A DNA stretch of 64,000 bases, taken from NCBI RefSeq assembly GCF_009914755.1, contig NC_060947.1. The stretch is one strand, 5' to 3'. Position 1 is the stretch's first letter. The number at the start of each line of letters is the position of its first letter. Of this stretch, positions 50,200-63,772 are shown in pieces. The position numbers and the translations under genes are program-made. The notes beneath the pieces are model-generated. The model did no database searches. It saw only the letters and a program-made list of their open reading frames with translations, and had not been told where the DNA came from. The stretch is from the human T2T-CHM13v2.0 reference genome, Homo sapiens.

Positions 50200-50560
50200 A
50201 ACTGGTTCAATACTTTAAAACTTGGAGATTTCATATAAAACTGAATTTTCAGTATCTCTTACAAAATCAGATCTGGCAATATAAGCTCTGCATTCACTCA
50301 AGGCAACAGCAGCCTGGTGCTGAATGGTGACTTCCCCTTTTAGATAGGATTGATGTATACCAATTAGCCACAGTCCCTACCCAGCCCTATTGCCCTTAAT
50401 ATTGAAATTAAATACTAGTACTCCTTTATCCACATGGCTATATTGGTTTTTTTCTTGCTTTTGTTTTTGTATCTTGCTACCATGTGTTTATCAAAAGTGA
50501 GAGAATATAACACTAGACCTTGAGGGCAACATAGTCAACACAAATGGGAAAAGGCAGTTT
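50200..50560. mobile_element. MER102-like hAT-Charlie element
   Basis: gagatttcatataaaa...aaaatcagatctggcaa...ccccttttagatagg...tatcaaaagtg. Confidence 0.65.
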
Positions 50561-50629
50561 TTATGGACATAAAAAACTTCCTATATTGTTTTTAATACAC
50601 ACCAAAGATGATCTGTGCTGATTTTTCTC

Positions 50630-50762
50630 ATAGTCCTTCCTTTCTCCTTCCTTCACCCTCGCTTCTTCCTCCATTCTCTCTTTTCATCCCTCTCTTCTTC
50701 TCTCCCTTCCCCCACTTTCCCCTTCTCCTTCTCTTTCTCTCTCTCTCTTTTTTTCTCTTTTA
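50630..50762. repeat. CT-rich low-complexity tract
   Basis: read directly. Confidence 0.9.
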
Positions 50763-52019
50763 GCAGAAGATCTGATAGATTCTTGTTAATAACCCTGAAT
50801 TTATTTCATTTTTAGTCTTAAGCTATTACTTGAGTTAAAACAGTTGTTCTCTCTCCTGATGTTTGTTTTTTATATGACAGCCAACAACATAAAGAAAGAT
50901 TGGGGACCTCAAAACACTATCTTCAGTATAACAGACACATCAAAAGGCCTCCTGGATGAGCCTAAAGTAGTCTCCCAAAAGGTGTGGGTGGTCTGCTCTC
51001 CCCAGGGAAAGACCCCTTGCCAGCCCAGCTCTGGGCCTTTTTCGTGGTGTTTATATGCATTCCAGACCAGAAGAGGCAGCTACTCCAGAACCACCACTCC
51101 AGCTGGTTGTTCAAGGTGCAGCTTACTAGACAATAGGCAAGCAGTTTCTTCTGACTGACAACTCTATCATGTTCACATTTGGTGCTCAATGCTTGGCTAC
51201 AGAGTCTAGCCCCTTGGCCCTAGAGAGGCCTGTCACCTGTTCACACTTGGCTTGGGGATTTCTGTTCCATTCATCCACCATTTCCAGACTTCCCTTGATT
51301 GATTCCAGAAGTCAGTCTCTCTCTCTCTCTCTTCTCTTCTCTTTCTCTCTCTCTTCTTCCTTCCCTGGAAGCATGGGTTCAGCCCTCTTTTCCTATGTTT
51401 ACAGTTCTCCTTGATTGTCATTTGGACTTGGTTCATTCAATGCAGATGACCATTTATAAATATCTGCATTCCTTTAGCATAGACCACAGTCTTCAGAACT
51501 TCTCTCCTGGATTCATTTAAGAAGGAGGGGCTCCTTTGAGAGGAAGTCTCAGCACATTCAATTCCTAAGTAGTCCTAAGAACAGAAGGAATGAGCTAGAA
51601 CAGGGATCAAATAACCATGCTCAGTAAGGATACACATTGGTCCAGGTCTTTCTCTGCAGGGTGGCCCCCCAGTCTGGCTCATGATGGAGCCCTGTGAGAG
51701 GGCACCCATCCAACCAGGGCCTGGAGCCATGCAGCTGCACGCATCAGGCACTATGAGGTAGAGGAGCCAAGGGCACAAAGGGATGAGGGTGCTGCTTCAC
51801 TTGTCTCCATGTCAAGAAAGCAAATATTTTGGCATAAAATTTCCCTTCTAATTTGTTCTGATTTGGGAAGGAAACATTTTTCTGAATCATTTCCTCAGGG
51901 GAAACCCACCTATCTCAAGAAGGAAAGTATTCCTTCTGAGCTTACTATGCCACCTTGACTCATAGAGGAGGTACATCTACAGGGTCATGAAACTGATTTC
52001 TAGATTGCGACAAAAAGCA

Positions 52020-52320
52020 GCTTGCATGCATGCATGTATGCTTGTGCATGGATGTGCATTCCTGGGTGTGGGGGCACGTGTGTGTGTCTGTCTTTGGGGT
52101 GTGCCTGTATGCACATGTGTCTGCGTGCATATGTGTGTGCATGTATATGGGCATGTGGGTCTGCATTTGCATGTGTGCATGCCAGTTTGTAGACATTTAT
52201 GTGTGCATGTGTTTGTGCTCATGTGCGTGCGCATGTACATGTGTGTTCATGTATTCATGGTTGTACATGCATGTGCATGTGTTAGCATTTGTGTGCATAC
52301 GTGTGTGTGTGCACATCTGT
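52020..52320. repeat. Degenerate alternating purine-pyrimidine tract (TG/CATG/TGCA-rich)
   Basis: read directly: gcatgcatgcatgtatgc...gtgtgcatacgtgtgtgtgtgcaca. Confidence 0.9.
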
Positions 52321-54127
52321 GGATCGTAACAGATCACAGAGGAGCCTAAAGGGAATGTGGGAAGGCAAAGGCTGTTCTCCCTGGAGCCTGCTAAGGTGGG
52401 TGGGAGAGTGGGTAGCTTCCAGGCATGCTGTGAATTCTACACAGCACCCTCCCTGCCGTGCCTCTCCCACAACTGACTGCTCACTGGCATCAGTCACCAT
52501 GAAAATAAGAGGTGAAATCATTCTATGTGTCCACATGCCCATCCTCAGCTGAGGCTAAGTCATCAGGGTGGCAATTAGATTGTCTCCAACCTTACAGCCC
52601 CCCTGCCACAGGAGAGACCCACGGCCAGATGTCTCTTCCCACTCCTGCTCAGAGCCTCACTAGACTTTGCACTGACACCATAGGTGTGGTCATTTCCTAT
52701 TTTATGACATAAAAAAATCCTAAATTTATGAAGTTAACCAAGAAGGAAGTGATTTGAATTTAAAGATTTGGGGCAAGTACCCTAAATTCTCTGAGCTTCA
52801 GTATCCTCATTTGTGAAATGACGATAATAGTATCCTCTTCCTCAAAGGACTAAATGTATATGTGGCTGGTCAGTAGATGCATGTAAAACTAGCCTGTTAC
52901 ATGGACTGAAGTTGATGGGGTGGTAATAGGAAACAGACTGTTGCTCAAACACCTGCATTCGCACCTGTCACCATCAGCTCCCCGTTCCCTATCCCTTGAC
53001 ATCTTACTCAGCGCCCATACCTTCCAGGAACCTTTGAGGATTCAATTGCCCAGTCTGATCCCCTCAGGCCCGGCCTAAGGTTTGGCAATGGGAAGGACAA
53101 TCTGTTGTCTCCTCCATCTCTCATTCCTCAGCCCCTCTCCTTGGCTGTTTCTTGGTCTTCCTGTCTTCTCTGACACACTGGAGTCTGAGCAGAGAGGTGG
53201 GAGAAAAGAGTACAGTCATACTTCCCTGTCCACCCTGTAATAATCCCATCATTGGCTGTCTCTAGGAAGGCTCCCAAATGATGCCCCCTCCTGGGGCATT
53301 TCCATAGGTGTTTGGGAAGCCTTGAAACATCCTTAGCACTGCACTGTCTCTGTTGCGGGCCTAACAGGAGCTTCCCTGTAGGATTGTTGTGAGGTTTACA
53401 TGAGTTACTGTAAGACTGTACAGTAACAAGGCACCCTCTCAACTCCTGCCCAGTCTGGTTCACCCCCACAACCTCTCTCTGCTGGGACCCCTCACTCTAG
53501 CAGGCAGCTCTCTTGGGTAGGGACTCTTTGAAACAGTGCCAGCCCAGTTACCTTCTACGGAAGACACTTGGTCTCCAGAAGCTCACTCACCCTTGCCATT
53601 CCAAGTCCTAGGAGTGCAGTTTTGCTACCTTTGTCTGCCCTCTCTCCCTCACTTGCCATCACAGGTGATTCCAGCCGCCCTTCCTCCTTCCAGATTCTCC
53701 AGGCAGGAGGCAGTTGCTGGTCTCTGCTGGAGAATGCTCCCAGCCTCCTAGGGACAGCTCAGTCTATCCCTGGAATTCCAGTGCACAGGTTGAGCAGGTC
53801 CATAGGTTTCTGCAGCACAGGATCAAGCCTCTGAAGAGGGTTGCCAGGTGCCCCTTCTGGCAGGCTCTATTGCACAGATAAGAACACTTCTCCTGAAGAC
53901 CCTCAATTGGTTGGTGGCAGAGGTGTTGTGGGAAGTGGAACCTAGGAGGAAAAAAACACTATGTTTCCCTCCAGGTGACCCCCCACTCCCACACACATCT
54001 GTATAACCCCCTCACATTTCTAAGCAGCCTTCTTACATAGGCTGATGGGGCCGAGTGGGAGATGCTTATGGGACAATTTTTCACTTGCATGCCTCTCTAG
54101 AGAGACAAAATTTTGAAAAAAGATGAG

Positions 54128-54358
54128 TATAGTGGTTGAGAGTGGAGGCTTGGGGACAGAGTGTGTTCAGTCCCAGGATTCTCAGCTGTGTGCCCTTGGG
54201 CAAGTTACTACATCTCTCTGTGCCTCAGTTTCCACAATTGTGAATGAGGACATAACAGGACCTTCTCTACAGGATTGTTGAAAGGGCTAAATGAGTTACT
54301 ATAGGACTGGGGCTTCATAGTGCCTGGTACATATTGGGTACTCAATATATGATAGTAG
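54128..54358 (+). mobile_element. MIR SINE, near full-length
   Basis: tatagtggttgagag...cttgggcaagttact...ctctgtgcctcagtttcc...gtgcctggtacata...ctcaata. Confidence 0.9.
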
Positions 54359-54609
54359 TGTGTGAGTCTTCCCATCCAGTTGGCAAACACCTTTAGTCCT
54401 AAGGAAGAGATGGTACATTTGGGGGCTGAAAGTGTCCATCGCACAACCCAGCTTCAGTGGACATTACAAACTTCCAGTCAAGGAGATTTGACTCTATCAT
54501 TCTCCTTCTTTTAAGCTTTCGGTTGCTCCCTTTATATTAAGCCTAAAGTCAAACTTCCCTCTGTTCCACTGAACTACCTGTGATTCTCTCAAGCTTGCCA
54601 CACTCACTC

Positions 54610-56320
<1,711 letters not shown>

Positions 56321-56416
56321 GTTGTGCTCACTCTTGCCGTCAGGCCTTTGCTCATGCTATTCATTCCTGCTGGAAACATCTTTCTCCATCTCCTCCACCA
56401 GGGTAGGCTTCATTTA

Positions 56417-56884
56417 GTGTGGCAGCCATGGGAAGGCACTGCCCAGACCTCCCTTCAGTGGAAAATGCCTTGGGAGTAATGTAAATGTCTGACAGCCTCC
56501 GAGTGCCACACCTTCAGGATCCACTGCAGAATTCCTGCCGGGGCAACCCTCTCTCCAGGCTGTTCCCACCCATGACAAAGCACAGGGAGGAGAGGTGGTC
56601 AGGACTAGCCCTGGGTCATTCCTGCCTTACATGGGACCTCTCTGATGGGCAGTCTGTGCTCTGGGGATTCCCATCAGCCTGGCTGAGACTTTCTCAGAGT
56701 TGTGCTGCCAGCTGAGGCTCTCCCAAACCACCCCTTCTTCCTTCCCCTCTCCTTCCACAGGGTTACACCTGCCTCCCTGTCTGAAGGTCCTTCTCACCTC
56801 CTCCTGCTTCCCTCATGTATCCCTCACAGGTGTCTAATTCCATCTAGGTGTCTGCTTCCCATACTGACATTCCGAAGAGCTGAC
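56417..56884 (+). mobile_element. ERVL solo LTR, LTR16-like, inserted in an L2
   Basis: tgtggcagccatgg...gcccagacctcccttcag...gctgaggctctcccaacc...ttccacagg...ccatctaggtgtctgcttccc. Confidence 0.75.
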
Positions 56885-56889
56885 ATACT

Positions 56890-57210
56890 TAGCCATCAAG
56901 CCTCAGCTCAAGCTTCACTTCTTGGAGGTGTTTCCTACCTTCCCCCAGCTCTACTCAGATAATTGAGGTACCTGCCATGTCCCAGGCCCCTTCTGTGTGC
57001 TTCCAGACAACCTTGTAACCACCTCCACCAGAGCACTTTTATTCTGCTATACTCAGCAATTTCGTGTCTGCTTCCCCTAATAACTGAGTACCCTGAAGAA
57101 ATTTTCCTACTAATCTCTGAATTCACAGCATATAATACAATACCAGGTGCTTAGTAGGTAATGAGGGTTTGTTGAATGAATAAATTATTGATTGAATTAT
57201 TGAATGAATG
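56890..57210 (+). mobile_element. L2 3' end
   Basis: gcctcagctcaag...cccttctgtgtgcttcc...gcttagtagg...ttgttgaatgaataaa. Confidence 0.75.
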
Positions 57211-58866
57211 GAATAGGAAGCCAAGGTACAGACCTTATGAATTTGGAGTTACCAGAATGTATGCATGGGAGAAATTCTTCAGAACCAAGAAAGGAAAAGG
57301 AAAATAAAAGAGATTTAAAGGAGAATTTCCACATTGTTCTTGGGTTTTGAAAACCTGAATTCTACGGCCTGACCAAAATTTTAAAGTTTCATGAACCAAA
57401 ATACATGAAACTTTATCTGTTGAAAAACACTTTTCTTCTTTTGATGAAAACATATCTTTTAGGATGAAAGTTGCTAAGAAAATAGAACTGTTTTAGAGCA
57501 ATTTGGTTTGTAACTCTCCTGGAATTCAGAGGACTACACTATTTATTCAGAGATTGCTTGATTTCAGAAAATAAAAAACTCAGAGCTAGCTAAAGGAAAG
57601 AGGCTTTAGGTAAAGAAGCTGAGGCTGGGCATAGGCGCCAAGGTCATGCAGCACAAGCAGATCTCAGGAGAAATGGCAACCAAGAGCTGGAAGGGTAATA
57701 GCTGAGGTCAGGGCCTCCTAACCTACCAGGTTACAGGCTTGGGACTTCTGCACACACTCCTGCATAAGACTAGTAGTTCATTGCTGCCTGGAGCAAGCAT
57801 CCGACCAAGAAGACCAACTAAACTAATTGTGTCCCAATGCCAAAGTGTTAGAAGGAACTTAGCTTGGCTGACTGTCCATGCCTCCTTGCGCTCAGCTGTG
57901 GCCACAGAATGTGGTCTCAGAACTACAGAGCAGGGCTTGTGGAGTAAACTGGAAGAGGAGTGCATCCTCGCCCCATCCCCACCTCAAAGCTATGGAGAAG
58001 CCATGGAATTAGACCTGGCATTGAAAACCTTGGACCACCGTGAGAGGTAGAAAGCCCCCTAACTTCTCTGCACCTCATTTCCTCATATCCAAGATGTAGT
58101 GAGTAGAGGGTGCCTGGTTTGAAGATTTCTTTCTTCCAGAGCCCATACAATTCCATCGCTACACCCTGCTGTCTCCCTAGACTTTTGAAATCCTCAATAG
58201 CAATTTCTCCCTCACGGTTAGCAAAGCCATGCACTCAAAAAAAAAAAAATACTACACTGAACATTTTAAGGCAAATTTTTCTTTAATTTCCTAATAATAA
58301 CAAAAATCATTCAAAGCCACTTTACTGTTGGAAAAGAAATATCTATGCATACACTTAGATCATTTAAGCCAAATGCCTTTTTAAAAACATTTCTCAATTA
58401 AGTATTCAGCAGAGATAATATTAAGTCTGAAGCATTTTATCCAGTTAAAAATATTAGAGATGAAAGAATTCAAAATGTGGAATATAAGAAATTAGAATGA
58501 AAGTATGATAGCATCAGACGCTTGTCCAAAAGGGCAGAACCACAGGTCAAAGCCACATCTCCCTGGATTTGCTGGCATTTAACTAGATGCAAAATGTCAG
58601 CACAGAAAATGGCTTGTTCAATGCAAATATTAACAAGAGAGGAGTGTGTCAGTGTGTAAATGTGGCTTCAGCGGAAGCGTGCCTTTCTGACCTACCTCCC
58701 GCAGTCACCTGGAGGCAACAAGGGAACTTTCTTTTTGCTTATTTTCACCCTCTTTGCTGGTGGTAAAGTTACAGGGCATTTGTTTCATGGAAGAGAGGGA
58801 AGACTGAAGCAGGAATCATGAAGCAGCAAGATGGTATTGTTTGCCTGTGTCATGAACTCAGCTTGT

Positions 58867-58957
58867 TTCTATTCTATTCTATTCTATTCTATTCTATTCT
58901 ATTCTATTCTATTCTATTCTATTCTATTCTATTCTATTCTTACTCTGTTCTATTCTA
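58867..58957. repeat. (TTCTA)n pentanucleotide microsatellite, ~15 perfect units plus a degenerate end
   Basis: read directly. Confidence 0.97.
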
Positions 58958-59981
58958 ATGTTTCTTCTGCATATGTTCAGACAAGACTGGCACTTAGCAA
59001 TGTTAATTTGATCAAGGCCAGGAAGAAGGCAGAAAAGGAAAAAATCTGCCTTTTTTTCTCTCTTCTCCACACTGAGGTTTTAGTAGTAGCTCAAAGCTGC
59101 ACACTGCCTTTCTGTGCTTATTCTCCTCTGGACAGAGTATCCACAGATTTTCCTACTGGCCCTTTCCCCAGCTCTCTGCACTTGTTGTGTTGCTCTGAAA
59201 AGGGAACCTCACCTGTGAGTGGCTCTGATTCGGTGATGGTGGGGGGAATCTTGGAGCTGCTCTTTCAAATACAGAGGGCCTTGATTCTGAGGAATGCAGG
59301 AAAGTGATGTCTGGGAAGAATGTGATGGTCACTCAGGCTGAAACCTGCTCATTCTCCTCTGAGGTGGTGTTTTGGTGAACCCACCGTGGGTGGCAGTCAG
59401 ATCTTCAGCCAGGCAGCCTCAGAAACTGGATACTCTCAGCACCCCGAGAATGGATCAACTCACTCATCCAGCTCAACAGAGACTTAAATATGCAAGCCAT
59501 GATGACTAATCAGACTAATGCACAGTGATGCCAGACCTTCTCACCAGCCTGACATCACATTCTCTGCCTATGAACAAGTGATATGGGTGGCCATATTTGC
59601 TGATGGCAGCTTGGGTTTTAGAACAAAGTCTGGCTTAATTGGAGCATTGAAGCAATTGTTGAAGCAATATTAGGTGATTTGCCAAGTTGCTGGTAAAACT
59701 GCTGAACTAGCCTTGAAAAGCAGGTAGAGGTCGGAGAGCAGCTGGGGAGGCAGTCCCAAGCCAGTGAGAACACCAGCTTGTACTGCCAACAGCTGACAGA
59801 CGTGACTCCTTTGTTCACTGGTGCCTGCTGGGATCTGGATGTTATAGCCACCATGGCTACTGCCTGAAAGGATTTCCCACTGTTCCTAGCTGCTGATTCC
59901 AATCTATGGCAGGTATATCTGACTGGCTTAGTCTACGTCACACACGTGTGGCCTGACCACCAGGAAAATTGAGAAGGCAAG

Positions 59982-60525
59982 TGTCTTAGTTTGGGTTTCT
60001 CCAGGTAAAAATCCTGAGGTAAGGATAATTTACTTGGGAATGATTCCAGGAAGTGCCAGTAGGAAGTGGGGTATTGAGATAGGAAAAGAGAGAAGCTGAT
60101 AAAGGACAGGTCATGAAACTGTAGGCATGTCACCGCTGTGGGCAACTGGGGCTCATTCTTGTTGGGGACCTCTGGGAGATAGTATAGATTCTCTTGGAGT
60201 TATCCTACCTGAGGGGCAGGGAAACTGGAGTTTTGATTGACCAGTTCCCACCCATCATTGATTGAGTGTGGCGTTAACTCCTGAGCGAACTCACCTTCCC
60301 TGCCCATCTAACCTTGTCTGTATCGAGAGTTACATGTGCTTACATTGGCATATACAGGAGTGGTGAGTGCCAAGCACTTATTCGTGGGCACAACAGTGTC
60401 TGCTACAATAAGTGCCATGCATTTTTAGCTGCTCAAGTGACAGGTGGGCTCTACCTCCCACCTAGATTCAGAGAGAAGGGGTTCAGATGCCAGGCAACCA
60501 AAAATCTGACAACAGTCTCTACTAC
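59982..60525 (-). mobile_element. ERVL solo LTR, LTR33-like
   Basis: tgtcttagtttgggtttc...gattccaggaagtgccagtagg...caccgctgtgggcaactggggctca...gagttatcctacctgaggggcaggg. Confidence 0.82.
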
Positions 60526-60757
60526 CGGGTGCCTTTCTCTTTATCGGCCAAACTCTTATTTTTTTCTTCATCTGTTAACTGCCAAAACATGGTAGTTTCC
60601 TTGGGAGTAAGTACTTTTTAACATGGTCACATGGGATGACCCCTGACCCAAGATGGACCAATCACAAGTCTTCTCTGGAGTTTTCTAAACTAGAAATGAG
60701 TCAGTGTTTCTCAAGTGGTCTGGAATTTAAGGTACAGAATTGGGAAGCTCTGAGCAG

Positions 60758-60868
60758 GCACATATTTCACCATGTAGTAGAAGCAGTCTACAGGTGAGAG
60801 AGAGTAACATGCACATATTTCACCATGTAGCAGAAGCAGTCTACAGGTGAGAGAGAGTAACATGCACA
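60758..60868. repeat. 53-bp tandem duplication (2 copies, 1 mismatch)
   Basis: units 60758-60810 and 60811-60863, T/C difference at 60778/60831, followed by GCACA. Confidence 0.98.
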
Positions 60869-60960
60869 CACAGAAAGAGTCATAGTGGAAAGGAGACCAA
60901 TGGTTTCCCTGCTCTCTCCAGCTTTCAACTTTCCTGGGATTCTGTGCTCTGATGCATTGG

Positions 60961-60971
60961 TTTTTTTTTTT

Positions 60972-61003
<32 letters not shown>
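60961..61003. repeat. Poly-T tract (43 nt, one G interruption)
   Basis: read directly. Confidence 0.97.
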
Positions 61004-61005
<2 letters not shown>

Positions 61006-61129
61006 CTAAGTTTACAACCAAAACAATCCTGATTAATAAGGTGAGCACAGAAATACAAGGAGGAGGTGGAATGATTATTTCAGGCTGTGCTCCCCCATGA
61101 GTGGACTCCCCAGATGAGTTGCCACAAGA

Positions 61130-61511
61130 CATGCAAGAAGTTTGTGGAGGAGAGCCTTCAGGGGAGCGAGGGAAGCAAAGCAGAAGAGAGGAGGACCTTG
61201 AGCTACAATCCCTCCACTGAGAGGCCTCAGCTGACACCCTGGGGGCTTTGGAGCTGAGATGGCCCTTCAGAGTAGTCCCAAGTTGGGGCAAGAAGTCAGG
61301 GCCTTTATACCCCTACATGGCCAGTCATTGGATGTAGGCTGCCCCAGGAAGTGAGTGGACCTTGGACAAAGTAGCTCTCTTCAGCTGAGGCAATTCCTGC
61401 AGGAGGTAGACTGCTGAGGCCTTTATGCCAAATGGCTCTCTCAGCAGCTGGAGGAAGCAGTCCTGTGGTTCTGAAGGGAAACCCAGGTGGCACATCACAG
61501 CCTCCACTACA
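61130..61511 (-). mobile_element. ERVL solo LTR, LTR16-like
   Basis: gaggcctcagctgac...ggctttggagctgagatggcccttcagagtagtccc...cctttataccc...cagtcattggatgtaggctgcccc...ctgaaggga. Confidence 0.8.
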
Positions 61512-61589
61512 AGGACATTAAGAGACATCTCTCAGATAATGCTGAATAAGGACTCTCTCCTCGTGGAGAGGATATCTTTCCAAGCCAAT

Positions 61590-61800
61590 AATAACTATTT
61601 ACTGGAGGCTGCACATTTAGTACTCCGCAAGCATCATCCTCCTATATCCCCTTGTGAGATTGAAACTGTATCCCTGTTTCACAGAAGGGGAAACTGGAGC
61701 TGAGAGAGTTAAGAAACTGGCTCAAGATTACAGAAATAATAAGTGGCAGAGGCAAGATTCAATACACACCTTCCACTCATGAACCGGCTGCTTTGAGCCT
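61590..61800 (-). mobile_element. MIR SINE
   Basis: tttcacagaaggggaaactggagctgagagagttaag...ctcaagattacaga...aagtggcagag. Confidence 0.75.
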
Positions 61801-61806
61801 CTTTGC

Positions 61807-61973
61807 CAGGGCTAGGGCTCAGGTAAGACAGTGAGACAGCCAGGGCACAAAACTTAAGAAAGCACTCACTCTCAAGTGCTAACACTGAACTTCTACAACC
61901 CTGACAGTGAGTGCCTCCTCAACATGCTGTGCCCTGGTTACCTTGCTCAAGTCACCCAAGTCCCAGAGCCCTG
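61807..61973. mobile_element. Palindromic hAT MITE, MER91-like
   Basis: ends cagggct...agccctg; internal inverted pairs ccagggcaca/tgtgccctgg and gcactcact/agtgagtgc. Confidence 0.6.
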
Positions 61974-63371
61974 ATCTTAGCTAAGGGACCAAGGAAACTA
62001 ACACACTCAAGGATCCTGAGCCAAGGCACTCTTTCCCCTGGAGTTATTCAGTGGGTCCCTCCGGCCTCTGCCTCTAGGTCTCACTTTTCTGGAAGCCTCA
62101 TGGCTGATTAGCCTCTTTCTTTTCACAGTCTCTTTCCAAACAGGGCACGAGACAAGGGATTTGATTTGTTAACTTAGCATTTCCTAATTTCCTATCTCAT
62201 TCCAGGGCTGCCTCCCAGGGCACTCCCCTATTCAGCTTAAGCTGGCATTTTGGAGCTCATTCACTCTTCTGTCAGCCAATCACCATCACAGGGTGAAGCT
62301 TCACCCCATATATTATGAATCAGTCCCATTCTACGCACATTGTACCAGTTTACCTGTGAGGGTAGCCCTATAGCTACTATTTGTTAGGGTGGAGGGGGCT
62401 TCACAATTGCCTTCATGTATGGACGGCCCCTGATAGGTACTTTTCTGCCTACAAAGAACCTTCAGACTCACACACTCCTTCAGCACATTGCACTGTAGTT
62501 GTCACTGGCCTGCCTCTCTCCCCTCTGGGCTCGGATTGTACCCATTCCCTGCAGACATGGTGTATTCCAGCTTCTCCACGGCCTAGGGTACTCAAGATGT
62601 ATTTCTTGAATGAAGATTAACCAACCCTCTCTAGAGTTTAGCTCAAGTGAATCCACTGTTCCAGCTGGAATGAAAATCATGCCAGGCCTCCATCTGTTTT
62701 TAAAAGATAGAAGGGCATTCCTACTCTCTGGGGAGAAACTGCAAGGATTTAATGAAATGTTTCTTCAGTGGAGGCTATGGATGATCTGTTGACATGGTCT
62801 AAAAGGTTGTAGGTTGTTTAATGTCTTTCTGTACCATCAATTCTGCACTTTGTACCAACTCAGCAAGTTGGTATGAATTTAGGCTACTGACAAGGACCTC
62901 GGAAAATAATGTGGCTTCTGCAGGTTTAAGGAAAGAAAGAACTCAAAAGCAGTGCTAAGAGTCTGAGATGAGAACCTCTGTGATGCAGTGCTTCCAAGGA
63001 TTTGGCCTGGGAGGGACTGCAGCAGCACATGTTTCCTGCCTCTGGTGCACCTTCCCGAGGGCTCCAGACCTGCCTCAGAGTGCCAGCCTGGAGACTCCAT
63101 GAACATCACCTGCCCCATCCCCTGTATTTCTTGTTTCATTAAAAAATCCCCAAAATCACACTGTCTCAGGGCAGCTTTTTCAACCTTGGAGGCAGATGTT
63201 GCTCATCTCTGTCAGCTTGATGCAGTGAGAAAAGCAGGCCTTAGAATTTTGGCTTGAGAAGCCTTGAGTGCAACTCTGGATTGGCCATTTACTGACTTCA
63301 ACTCAGCATTTTCCAAAGAGGATTCCACTGAGTGCTACAATTCTATGGCATATTAAATAGGACTGGTATAT

Positions 63372-63772
63372 TGGTGTATCAGCATCATTGATAATGATGC
63401 TGTGTAACAAACAATCCCAAACCTCAGTGGCATACAATGATCAGCATTTATTCTTCACTTGTGCCTCTGCTGGTTGTCTGGGGAAGCTATGTTCCATGTG
63501 TCTCATTCCAGGGCTCAGGATGGTGGGGCAGCAGCCCCCGGGGGTGTGCTTCTCTCATTGAGCACAGAAAGTCACAAAAGGGCAAATGGAAGCATGCAAT
63601 ATTTTTAAAGCCTAGGCTTGAAACTGGCACACAATCATCCCCACCTTCATCCCATTGGGCAAAGCAAGTCACATGGCCAAGCCTTTCATCAATGAGACAA
63701 GGAAGTTTACTCTTCCCAAGAAGATTTAGAGAGACGGAGTGAATTTTTTGTTGTATGGTAATTTAATCTACA
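63372..63772 (-). mobile_element. MaLR solo LTR, MLT1 (H/I-like)
   Basis: gatgctgtgtaacaaacaatcccaaacctcagtggc...gcctaggcttgaaactggcaca...cccattgggcaaagcaagtcacatggccaag...aatctaca. Confidence 0.82.

Noticed and set aside
51960-52349. His/Cys/Met-rich ORFs suggesting a metal-binding protein
   Set aside because: Artefact of the TG/CA-alternating low-complexity tract; the same applies to 6550-6964 and 5688-5978.
59400-59980. Possible processed pseudogene or ERV internal coding fragment
   Set aside because: No recognisable protein in any frame and no poly-A or TSD. More likely an old LTR remnant or unique sequence.
60758-60868. Direct repeats as a CRISPR-like or spacer array
   Set aside because: Two adjacent units without spacers in primate DNA; a simple tandem duplication.
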